60,979 nucleotides of DNA, taken from positions 1 to 60,979 of the IMG/VR virus record IMGVR_UViG_3300027904_000002. One strand, 5' to 3'. The notes beneath the pieces are model-generated. The model was not told the DNA's origin. It made no database searches and was given only the letters and a program-made list of their open reading frames with translations. Positions 1 through 7,686 of the stretch are shown one piece after another. Source of the stretch: a virus. Position 1 is the first letter of the stretch; every line of letters starts with the position of its first letter. Made by a program: the position numbers and the translations under genes.

Positions 1-127
1 AACACCTGTTCAAGCGACCAATCCACCGCATTATAAGCAAGTATCATGTCTGTCAAGTGTCGCAATTCAGCGTGAGTTTCTAAACACAATTCCTTAATAT
101 AGTCATAAGATATAACATCACCGTCAC
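1..127. repeat. Terminal direct repeat copy 1 (identical to 60853..60979); circular-assembly overlap
   Basis: Bases 1..127 (aacacctgttcaagcgacc...atcaccgtcac) recur base-for-base at 60853..60979. An ORF reads continuously across the junction. Confidence 0.95.
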
Positions 128-485
128 TTGACAGCGTTGAAGCTATTTCCTCGTAAAGTGCTACTGATGAGGACTCCCACGCCCTATAGTCCATAAAACA
201 TTTTTTAACACATTGCCAATTTTCGTTAGATGTGACACCTAAACGGTTTTTGGAAAATGGTGTGATATTCGGTTCAATATGTTCCTCTGACAATAGTTCA
301 TGGCACGTTGACACGATAAAGCGTTTTAGTTCTCTTTGTTTCAAACTTTCACATAAATATCTATATTCGTGCAAAGCATTAAAACCACTTAAAGCTAAGA
401 AGTGGAATATGTCGGCTTGTAGGCGGTGAAATTGCACCGCCCTTAACAAGTTATTATTTACTTTTTCAAGTAACGCTACACTCAT
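1..485 (-). CDS. Hypothetical helical protein, 5' part of the junction-spanning gene (ATG at 483-485, continues into 60852..60708; 209 aa in the closed genome)
   Basis: The minus frame is open from ATG 485 to the window edge (MSVALLEKVNNNLLRAVQFHRLQADIFHFLALSGFNALHEY...). The start overlaps the stop of 482..1213 (ATGA). The frame is the same as ORF-track entry 60708..60941, and 485+145 nt = 210 codons. It is missing from the ORF track because it runs off the edge. Confidence 0.7.
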   Translation of the reverse strand, partial: MSVALLEKVNNNLLRAVQFHRLQADIFHFLALSGFNALHEYRYLCESLKQRELKRFIVSTCHELLSEEHIEPNITPFSKNRLGVTSNENWQCVKKCFMDYRAWESSSVALYEEIASTLSSDGDVISYDYIKELCLETHAELRHLTDMILAYNAVDWSLEQV

Positions 486-1213
486 CGCATGGGTGAAACG
501 TTTGTTGTCCGACCATCACTTCTTGTGTCGCCTGTGGGGTTATCCATGCGCATATCACCTGTTGTTCTATGGTCTGCCCTGTGTGTCGGATTAGCATATC
601 TTGTTACCATATCAAGGGCATTTACCAAAGCATTATGAGTTTCATCTGCTCTGTCTAAATCCATATCCATACGGTCTAAATCATCATGTGGCATATCCAT
701 AGCATAGCGTGTTCTGCGTCTGCGAAAACGACCTGTTCTCGTTCTTGGAGGAAGCCTACGTCTGCGAGCCATTTCCATATCCGCATATTCAGCGTCCATT
801 TCCATTTCTGCTTCCATATCGTCATGAATGTCATAACGGTCATAATCCATATGGGGCATATCGGAGCGTGTACGATAACGTCTGCGTGCCATATCCATTT
901 CAGCGTGGGGCATCATCGGCTGATGTCTGCGGGGCATGATTCCCCCTGCACCGTAATGATGACCGAAGCCGACCTGTCGTTGACTGCCACCGTGACTGTC
1001 TTGACCTAAAAGACTGTCTAAAAATTGGTCGATACCTCCGTGCTTTTCGAGTGCTTTAAATAGTTTACCCATTTCTAATTGCTGTAAAACAGAACTTAAT
1101 GCGACTATATCACTTGCCGTCATTTTAGCTTTACCAGATTGTAGATGATGTAACATTTCATCCAGTTCCTTAAAGAGTATACGCTGACCCTCTTGTATTT
1201 TATGATAACCCAT
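482..1213 (-). CDS. His/Met/Asp/Arg-rich low-complexity protein with an internal duplication
   Basis: 243-aa ORF. It has a helical N-terminus followed by AEMDMARRRYRTRSDMPHMDYDRYD and ADMEMARRRR...RYAMDMPHDDLDRMD repeats. It is translationally coupled to the next gene. Confidence 0.7.
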   Translation of the reverse strand: MGYHKIQEGQRILFKELDEMLHHLQSGKAKMTASDIVALSSVLQQLEMGKLFKALEKHGGIDQFLDSLLGQDSHGGSQRQVGFGHHYGAGGIMPRRHQPMMPHAEMDMARRRYRTRSDMPHMDYDRYDIHDDMEAEMEMDAEYADMEMARRRRLPPRTRTGRFRRRRTRYAMDMPHDDLDRMDMDLDRADETHNALVNALDMVTRYANPTHRADHRTTGDMRMDNPTGDTRSDGRTTNVSPMR

Positions 1214-1229
1214 AGTATTAAATCCTTTC

Positions 1230-1258
1230 TTGACTTTATGATTTTAATTTGATATAAT
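1230..1258 (+). promoter_or_regulatory. Sigma-70-type promoter for the 1383..2272 operon
   Basis: TTGACT (1230-1235), 17-nt spacer, TATAAT (1253-1258). Confidence 0.7.
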
Positions 1259-1382
1259 AAGTACCGCAAGGTACAAGATTGCAAAAATTATTTTATAGAT
1301 TATCCCCTTGAAACGATTTTGTTCTTGCTTGTACCAAGAATTTTATTGTTTTGAGGGGTTAATTACTTTAAGGAGAATTGTT

Positions 1383-1643
1383 ATGAAACAAGACGAAAAG
1401 TATTTAAAGCAAATATGGAAAAACATCAAAGATGGAATATTTTATGTTAAAGGTGAATGGGATAGTGAAACCAACATGCAAGTATTAGCTTTAAAAGAGG
1501 GTAACGTATTCTGCAAAGATAATTGTTATTGGTCTTATGTTGCTGATTTGCCAAACGGAACTTATTATGCAACCGCAGATAAATGTAAGAAAATGCCAGA
1601 CGGTCATAAAGTAATTATATATGCAATGAGCAAAGGAGAATGA
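1383..1643 (+). CDS. Hypothetical small protein
   Basis: ATG 1383 is preceded by aaggagaattgtt. The gene lies inside ORF 1308..1643, and its TGA overlaps the next start. Confidence 0.7.
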   Translation: MKQDEKYLKQIWKNIKDGIFYVKGEWDSETNMQVLALKEGNVFCKDNCYWSYVADLPNGTYYATADKCKKMPDGHKVIIYAMSKGE

Positions 1644-2272
1644 TTATGCAAGAACTAATTAAAGTAATAACTAATGAACAAAATGAGCCAGTAGTAAGTG
1701 GTAGAGAGTTGCATGAATTTTTAGAAATCAACGAAAAATATAACGATTGGTTTCGTAGAATGTGTACTTACGGATTTGAGGAAACCATTGATTTTGTGAG
1801 TTTTACTGTAAATTCTGAAAAACCTCTTGGAGGTAGACCTGCACTTGACCATGTTCTTAAACTTGATATGGCAAAAGAGATAGCAATGATACAAAGAAAC
1901 GAAAAAGGAAAGCAAGCAAGACTGTATTTTATTGAAGTTGAAAAACGATATAGAAATGAATTACAACTCAAGATACCACAAACTTATGCACAAGCATTAA
2001 GAGCATATGCTGACGAAGTTGAACAACGAGAAACGCTTGAAATTGCTTTAAATCAATCTTTAAAGTTTTATACTGTTGCAAAATACAATAGAACGTTTAA
2101 AAAGAAGTGGGATATGAGTAAGTGTAAATATATCGGTAAACAAATGACCGCTTTTTGTAAAGCTAATTCATTTGAAATTAAGCCATGTGAAACTAATGAT
2201 GAACGTTTTGGTGTTGTAAACAGTTATCCGTTAACTGCATGGGAATTATTTTTTAAGGGAGCGGACGATTAA
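1640..2272 (+). CDS. Phage antirepressor (AntA-like N-terminal domain plus KilAC-like C-terminal domain)
   Basis: SGRELHEFLEINEKYNDWFRRMCTYGFEETIDF and HVLKLDMAKEIAMIQRNEKGKQARLYFIEVEK match the AntA/AntB pattern. IPQTYAQALRAYADEVEQRE matches the start of KilAC. Confidence 0.8.
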   Translation: MIMQELIKVITNEQNEPVVSGRELHEFLEINEKYNDWFRRMCTYGFEETIDFVSFTVNSEKPLGGRPALDHVLKLDMAKEIAMIQRNEKGKQARLYFIEVEKRYRNELQLKIPQTYAQALRAYADEVEQRETLEIALNQSLKFYTVAKYNRTFKKKWDMSKCKYIGKQMTAFCKANSFEIKPCETNDERFGVVNSYPLTAWELFFKGADD

Positions 2273-2290
2273 ATCCGCCCCCTATTTTGG

Positions 2291-2989
2291 CTACATGAAA
2301 TCACCAAATTTTTTCGTTCTGCAACGGTCACGTTCAAGGACAAGTCTACCTGCATTATTGAAGTAGAGTACCCATTTTTCACGGTCGCCACATCTACCGA
2401 AACCATTTTGAAGCAGTTTGTTTGTCGTTACGATGTTCCCTCTTAGGTCGAGGTCTACTTCGATAAATTCAAACATTCTACGGTGTCGATGCTCGTGTTT
2501 TTCACATTCGCATTTTTCGTGTTCGCATTCACATTTACAATCATCAAACTTTGCACGGTAGAAACCGGGTAAGTTTTCTGCTGTAAGTTTTAGGAATGGA
2601 AATTCACAAAACGGAACGGTAACGATAGTTTTTTCGAGTTCTAAAGCACCACGCACGAAACGGCACGGTTCTGCCTTAATGAACACCTGCTTTGCATTCC
2701 AATCAATCGCTCTCGGTAAATCCAGTGTATATTCAACATCATAGTCTAAGCAAGGTGTTTGAGTTGACAGGATTATGCAAGAGTTTTCGATTATTACGTC
2801 TGCACATACAGTTTCGCATTGTTTTACTTCACCCTCTTTGATTCTACGGACTGTAAAATCTTCTACGAGTGTGGTGTCCATGAATAGCATTTCTTTTTTT
2901 CTCGGACGTGAGTGTTTATAACTGTTATGTATGCATCCGCAACCGCAACCACAGCCCATGCTGTGTGGAATAAAATTTCTATGGAACAT
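2291..2989 (-). CDS. Cys/His-rich protein of unknown function
   Basis: 232 aa. N-terminal MGCGCGCGCIH, later DDCKCECEHEKCECEKHEHRHRR. SD cggagg lies 9 nt upstream of ATG 2989. Confidence 0.75.
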   Translation of the reverse strand: MFHRNFIPHSMGCGCGCGCIHNSYKHSRPRKKEMLFMDTTLVEDFTVRRIKEGEVKQCETVCADVIIENSCIILSTQTPCLDYDVEYTLDLPRAIDWNAKQVFIKAEPCRFVRGALELEKTIVTVPFCEFPFLKLTAENLPGFYRAKFDDCKCECEHEKCECEKHEHRHRRMFEFIEVDLDLRGNIVTTNKLLQNGFGRCGDREKWVLYFNNAGRLVLERDRCRTKKFGDFM

Positions 2990-3126
2990 TATATGTTTCC
3001 TCCGTATATTGTAGTGCGGAGGTTGAGCGTGGTCGGCTTAAGCTACTGGCGACTACGCTCTGTCACCGCCATATTCAAAACGTGTCGCCAGCATAACACG
3101 GTTGAAACGGTATAATCAGTTACTTA
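2990..3126 (-). promoter_or_regulatory. GC-rich structured 5' leader with an SD-sequestering hairpin
   Basis: On the mRNA, CCUCCG (3022-3017) can pair with the SD CGGAGG (3004-2999). There is also an 8-bp stem ctggcgac (3046-3053) / gtcgccag (3084-3091). Confidence 0.45.
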
Positions 3127-3684
3127 CTAAGCGTAAGCACCTTGAGGTGTGCAAGGGTACGGTGGGTGTGCTGAATAATAACTCGGCACTGCGCCAAGAC
3201 CCCTAATACCAATAATCGTTTCGAGATTATTAAGTTTAAGTTCCGTTGCTCTTAACTTATCCTCTCTGAGATTATTTTCAAGCGTACAAATGCGATTCAT
3301 TATTTCGCTTGTAGATTTTAGTCCAAGTATCTCATTTTCCTTAAATCCCAAAGTGACTAAGTTTCTGTTTTCAAGAGCAGTTTTATCTTGTTGCCAACCT
3401 ACTAATGCAATCTCTTTTTTGATATTTCCCGATTCAAGAAGTAAATCCCTATGTTCGCAACAACAACCATCTTCTTTGCCAAATTTATTAAGTGCCAAAG
3501 CAGGAAGAACACCGTCTATGCCATAGTTGCCTTTGTGGTCATCCCTACGCCAGAATAACGCAATTATGACAACAAAAATGACAAAAATAATCACTGCCCA
3601 AAAAGGATTGTTCCAAGTACCGTTTTGATAATCGCTACCGCCACTTGAAGTAAAATTAGAGGGCATCATCGCTTCGTGTATCAT
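3127..3684 (-). CDS. Single-pass membrane protein with a CCC motif and coiled-coil C-terminal region
   Basis: 185 aa. Hydrophobic segment FWAVIIFVIFVVIIALFW, then DGCCCEH and a heptad-like stretch. Confidence 0.7.
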   Translation of the reverse strand: MIHEAMMPSNFTSSGGSDYQNGTWNNPFWAVIIFVIFVVIIALFWRRDDHKGNYGIDGVLPALALNKFGKEDGCCCEHRDLLLESGNIKKEIALVGWQQDKTALENRNLVTLGFKENEILGLKSTSEIMNRICTLENNLREDKLRATELKLNNLETIIGIRGLGAVPSYYSAHPPYPCTPQGAYA

Positions 3685-3733
3685 TTCTTATATTACCTTT
3701 CTTATTAAATATTATAACCAACAATTTGTTGGA

Positions 3734-4003
3734 TTATTTCTTTTCTGGAGGTGCTTGCGGAATCTGTATCGTATGTGGTGTTTGTGTGTGTTGCGGAGGT
3801 TGTTGAGTTTGCTGTGGATAATCATGTGGAGATTGTTGAAAACTTGGTTGAGGTATGTGTTGCGGAAGTGCTTGTGGTTGTTCTGCACTACTTAATCCTA
3901 ATTGCTGTGCTATATATGGTTTTATTAAACTTATTATCAAAGCACTCGCAGCAACTACAGGGTCTTGGACTGCTTCGTTCACCATTTTCTGTATATCTAA
4001 CAT
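3734..4003 (-). CDS. Gln/Pro-rich small protein
   Basis: 89 aa. C-terminal half reads QPQALPQHIPQPSFQQSPHDYPQQTQQPPQHTQTPH. It is tightly packed with its neighbours. Confidence 0.6.
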   Translation of the reverse strand: MLDIQKMVNEAVQDPVVAASALIISLIKPYIAQQLGLSSAEQPQALPQHIPQPSFQQSPHDYPQQTQQPPQHTQTPHTIQIPQAPPEKK

Positions 4004-4007
4004 AACA

Positions 4008-4307
4008 TTATCCTCCTAACCAACTGTTAATTATTTTATCTTTTACACCCATTTCAGATATTGTGTTTTCAACAAAAGACTGTACATCTTCTGGGTTTTT
4101 ATTTTTTAATTCTCTCCAACTTGGAACATTGTCAAATGCGGAAATCATACCATTTTGTTTTGCCATTTCCTCAAGTCCATTTATAAGTTGTGATAATGAA
4201 GCACCACTTTGTACCATTTGATTAAACTGCTGTTGCATTTGATAAGAATTAGGTACTTTAGGCATATACCACGATAGAACAGCTTTAGCAAGAGCTTCAT
4301 ATATCAT
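4008..4307 (-). CDS. Hypothetical protein
   Basis: 99-aa ORF with a 4-nt overlap with the upstream gene. Confidence 0.65.
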   Translation of the reverse strand: MIYEALAKAVLSWYMPKVPNSYQMQQQFNQMVQSGASLSQLINGLEEMAKQNGMISAFDNVPSWRELKNKNPEDVQSFVENTISEMGVKDKIINSWLGG

Positions 4308-4921
4308 TTTTTAGTACCACCCTTTTTAGATTCTTTTTGTTTGACAATATCTTTAACATAAACATACGGTGTTTCAGCTATTTGTAAAATTAAATCATCA
4401 ATTTTACCGAAACTTTGCTGTATATTTTCAGACAATGTATCAACAGACTCTTTAATGTCGCCCAGACTGTCCAGAATCGTTTCTGTAGCGTTTTTATTGT
4501 CTTGCATGACTTCTGATACCTCTGATTCTGAAATCGACTCTGAGGGCGTAGAAATGGCTTTAAACGTCTTTCGTACCGTTTTCGGTATTGACGCTATGAA
4601 CTGTTGAGTATAAAAGCAATCTTCTGTAGGGTTATAAAACACTTGAACATTGCCCGATAAATCTACATCCTTTTCCCATGCTTGTGATTCTGCGGACACG
4701 ATAGCGTATAATTTGTTATCATTCGGATTATTAGCGATGGGAGACTGATTAACAGGATTAGTAGCTTGTGTAGGGGGTGTATGCGGTTGTTGTGTTTGTC
4801 CATAACCATATCCTTGTTCAAGATTGTTAAGCCTGTTTAATAGGTCGTTGTATTGTTGGTTTGGTTGTTGTGGATATTGAGGGTAATGTTGCGGATAATA
4901 ACTATTCGGATAATTGTACAT
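4304..4921 (-). CDS. Hypothetical protein with a Tyr/Pro/Gln-rich N-terminus
   Basis: 205 aa, starting MYNYPNSYYPQHYPQYPQQPNQQYN. Confidence 0.7.
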   Translation of the reverse strand: MYNYPNSYYPQHYPQYPQQPNQQYNDLLNRLNNLEQGYGYGQTQQPHTPPTQATNPVNQSPIANNPNDNKLYAIVSAESQAWEKDVDLSGNVQVFYNPTEDCFYTQQFIASIPKTVRKTFKAISTPSESISESEVSEVMQDNKNATETILDSLGDIKESVDTLSENIQQSFGKIDDLILQIAETPYVYVKDIVKQKESKKGGTKK

Positions 4922-5069
4922 TACGTTCCCTTTCTTTAATTAAAGATTCAAGCTGTAACGTTATTACAAGCAATTCTTGAAAATTGCCAGAATATTTTGA
5001 TATAAGCTGTTCCGAACATTTATCGCAGTAATGTAAATTGTTCAATCTACTTTTAATAGTGGCTTCCAT
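4902..5069 (-). CDS. Possible small ORF (55 aa), first gene after the terminators
   Basis: ATG 5069 to TAG 4902-4904 (MEATIKSRLNNLHYCDKCSEQLISKYSG...). The SD is weak. Below the ORF-track size cutoff. Confidence 0.35.
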   Translation of the reverse strand: MEATIKSRLNNLHYCDKCSEQLISKYSGNFQELLVITLQLESLIKERERNVQLSE

Positions 5070-5089
5070 AATGGTCACTAATCATCACC

Positions 5090-5120
5090 ACAATAAAAAT
5101 AACAGACTATTAAAGTCTGT
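5090..5120 (-). terminator. Rho-independent terminator candidate (second of a tandem pair)
   Basis: Stem acagact (5102-5108) / agtctgt (5114-5120), followed on the minus strand by tatttttatt. Confidence 0.5.
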
Positions 5121-5145
5121 ATCTAGTGCAACTATCACTAATTTT

Positions 5146-5197
5146 TCAAAAATAAAAAGTGCCCGACATTTAACCTATGAGCCAATTAAATGTCGGG
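5146..5197 (-). terminator. Rho-independent terminator ending the tail-lysis-membrane operon
   Basis: 11-bp stem cccgacattta (5162-5172) / taaatgtcggg (5187-5197), followed on the minus strand by ctttttattttt. Confidence 0.75.
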
Positions 5198-5242
5198 GCT
5201 TTGAAAGGAGGTTGAGGCATGGACATATACTATTATAAATGA

Positions 5243-5839
5243 TTATTTATCATTAGTCAAATGCCTTGCGGTCGCTATTGCAAATAAATGAGCAATATTA
5301 TCCGATAATCTCGATACGTTATAAGAATCACAATCTAAAACGTCTTGTACCATTTTAAAAGAGCGACCTTCACGCCAGATATACTTATAAACGACTTTGA
5401 TAGAATCATCATCTTGTTCATTAACCAAATTCTCAAGTTCTTTTATGACAGGATGATTAGGGTCATTATTACGTATGTAATTCATTACTTCGGCATGTTT
5501 ACGTTCTTTTGACCATGCAAACAAAAACGTATCACTCACATTAAATCTATCTGTCAATACCAAAGCAAAAAATGCAGTTACCACTAACGATATAGTTATG
5601 TCAATATGTGCTATTGCAAATAACGATACAAACAATATTACGCTTGCGAAAAAGCACCTAATCGGGCATTTATAATGTTTAGTTTTTCCGCAAATATTTC
5701 TAACTACAAGAAAAAAGACCAAGATATATGCCACATACCTCCATGTAGGCAATATCCATAGTCCGATTGCTACTATTGTTGTTAACTCTATTCCAAACAG
5801 CAACAAGGCTTTCCAATATTTCTTAAACCACGCTCTCAT
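5243..5839 (-). CDS. Polytopic membrane protein with a cytoplasmic HTH-like C-terminal domain
   Basis: ATG 5839 (MRAWFKKYWK...) lies within ORF 5243..5920. There are about 4 hydrophobic segments. The C-terminus DSIKVVYKYIWREGRSFKMVQDVLDCDSYNVSRLSDNIAHL resembles sigma region-4/HTH. Confidence 0.65.
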   Translation of the reverse strand: MRAWFKKYWKALLLFGIELTTIVAIGLWILPTWRYVAYILVFFLVVRNICGKTKHYKCPIRCFFASVILFVSLFAIAHIDITISLVVTAFFALVLTDRFNVSDTFLFAWSKERKHAEVMNYIRNNDPNHPVIKELENLVNEQDDDSIKVVYKYIWREGRSFKMVQDVLDCDSYNVSRLSDNIAHLFAIATARHLTNDK

Positions 5840-5929
5840 AATGCCCTCGCTCCCAATTATCTTCCACGCTTCAATTATTCGCCTGTTTCTTCGCAGTATA
5901 GGAATCCAATAGTACACCACCCGAACATT

Positions 5930-6463
5930 TTAAACACCCCTTTCAATCATTGTTATAGGAATAATAAGTTGTACAGCAATTAATAAAATATTAAACATAA
6001 CGCAACTTATGTTACGAACTGTAACGCTCTTAATTTTGGGATTATCGCTTTTATCCCAAACAGATAAATATACTTTATATAATTTATTAATATGTTTTTT
6101 AAACACTGTTACACAAGCAAATAATGAAATCCACCCAAGTAACCATCCTAAAATTTCATTTGGTATCGCATAAAAAACGATTGTACCAACTATTACACTA
6201 ATTATTCCTGCTACAGTTATTAAAAATACATCTATAAAGTGTGAACGATATAATAACCATAAAGTTAAATACATTAAAGCAATAAAAATCAAAACTCCCC
6301 ACAACATAAACGGAATAAAAATCTTTATAAGAAAATTCGATAAAAATATAATCGCAATTAATAAAACACGTTTGTACTTAATGTTTTTTGCAAAAATAAG
6401 AAAAAGTCCATAATATAAACTTTCTGGTAGTAATCCTAAAAATATTCCCATTAAAATTTCCAT
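5930..6463 (-). CDS. Polytopic (about 6 TM) membrane protein
   Basis: ATG 6463 is preceded by gaggtggggtt. The sequence is almost entirely hydrophobic segments. Confidence 0.7.
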   Translation of the reverse strand: MEILMGIFLGLLPESLYYGLFLIFAKNIKYKRVLLIAIIFLSNFLIKIFIPFMLWGVLIFIALMYLTLWLLYRSHFIDVFLITVAGIISVIVGTIVFYAIPNEILGWLLGWISLFACVTVFKKHINKLYKVYLSVWDKSDNPKIKSVTVRNISCVMFNILLIAVQLIIPITMIERGV

Positions 6464-6609
6464 AACCCCACCTCTTTCAAGTAAGTGTAAGTATACAGAA
6501 ATAAACTGAAAAAGCAACCCTTTTCATGAATTAGTCTTGATAACTTAATGGTTTGTTAATGTAAAAACCAGATATAGTGTTATATAATAAAAAGTTATCA
6601 AAATGTAGT

Positions 6610-7446
6610 TTATGGAATTACTATGCGTTGCCCTATAGATATAACATTAGCATTTTTTATTTGAGGGTTAGCAGACATTATAGCGTTTACGGTAGTTGAA
6701 TACATACCGGCTATTCTGCTTAGATTTTCTCCTGCTGTGACAATGTGAGTACGTGTTGTAGGTTGAGTTTGTATCGGTGGTGGTATTGTAGTAGATGTCG
6801 GCACATTTATAATTTGTCCAATATCAATACGATTGATGTCACCGATTTGTCCGTTTAAATTCCACAATTCATCTGTTGTTAAATTAAAACGTCTTGCGAT
6901 TGCAGTAAACGTATCGCCACTTTGTACGATATATGTACCTGCTTGTGCAGGTGGTGTCGGATTAGGTTGTTGTGGTGTATTTGCATTTGCAAGTCTAACA
7001 GCTTCTTGCACTGCATTATTACCACGTTGCCACCAATCTCTGCTTGTTTGCAAACTTCTAAATCTGACTTCCATGCTGTTTATATAGTGCAAGCACATAT
7101 GAGAACCCTCTGAATTACGTCTTAAATCAGAAGTAAATATATTAAAAGAATTTGAAGCAACAACAACGCTGTGTGGCATGGTATGAATAGCACAAGCGGT
7201 TACATTATTACCCCATTGTAGTGTACAGGGAATCCAATTCCAAGACCAATTACCACCAGACCATCTTAGCAACCTCTCAGCGTCTTGTCGTGTTTTTGGC
7301 ATATAATCCGAATGATGATAGTTTTGTGGTGAACTTAATCTGATAATTACAGTTTCATTATTACGCAAGTTTCTTAATGTAGCGTCACCGTTTAAGCGTG
7401 GTGTCGCAGCGTTCATCTGTGCTATTGTCATTGCAGTTACGCTCAT
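6610..7446 (-). CDS. Putative endolysin: unassigned N-terminal catalytic domain plus two C-terminal LysM repeats
   Basis: LysM-like segments YIVQSGDTFTAIARRFNLTTDELWNLNG...IGQIINVP and HIVTAGENLSRIAGMYSTTVNAIMSANP...IGQRIVIP. The gene sits directly after the holin-like gene. Confidence 0.65.
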   Translation of the reverse strand: MSVTAMTIAQMNAATPRLNGDATLRNLRNNETVIIRLSSPQNYHHSDYMPKTRQDAERLLRWSGGNWSWNWIPCTLQWGNNVTACAIHTMPHSVVVASNSFNIFTSDLRRNSEGSHMCLHYINSMEVRFRSLQTSRDWWQRGNNAVQEAVRLANANTPQQPNPTPPAQAGTYIVQSGDTFTAIARRFNLTTDELWNLNGQIGDINRIDIGQIINVPTSTTIPPPIQTQPTTRTHIVTAGENLSRIAGMYSTTVNAIMSANPQIKNANVISIGQRIVIP

Positions 7447-7447
7447 A

Positions 7448-7684
7448 TTATTCTTCCTTTAATGTATCGTCAATATAGCTTCTATCTTTTCTGTTAAAAA
7501 AGTAACCAAACACCATTGTTGCAAACGGTACAAATATTTCAGACCCTATTCTCCCATCTATGAATCCCCAAAGCAAGCCGAAACATATTGCTAAAGATAT
7601 TATAGAGCGTACTTTCAATAACTCTATTATTTGATACCGTATGTGGTTTGTAAAAGTATATAAACATTTATGAATATTATTCAC
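7448..7684 (-). CDS. Putative holin (two TM segments, charged C-terminus)
   Basis: GTG 7684 lies 6 nt after SD ggagag. An alternative GTG at 7702 would overlap the REC gene. TM segments SIISLAICFGLLWGFIDG and IFVPFATMVFGYFF, then NRKDRSYIDDTLKEE. Its stop lies 1 nt before the lysin ATG. Confidence 0.6.
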   Translation of the reverse strand: MNNIHKCLYTFTNHIRYQIIELLKVRSIISLAICFGLLWGFIDGRIGSEIFVPFATMVFGYFFNRKDRSYIDDTLKEE

Positions 7685-7686
7685 TG

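Noticed and set aside
1-127. The 127-bp terminal repeat as a physical direct terminal repeat of the virion DNA.
   Set aside because: It cuts through the middle of an ORF and has no flanking signals. This is more consistent with the overlap left by assembling a circular or circularly permuted genome. It cannot be settled without the reads.
232-429. Plus-strand 65-aa ORF near the window start.
   Set aside because: It lies antisense within the junction-spanning minus-strand gene (1..485), which has a coupled ATGA start.
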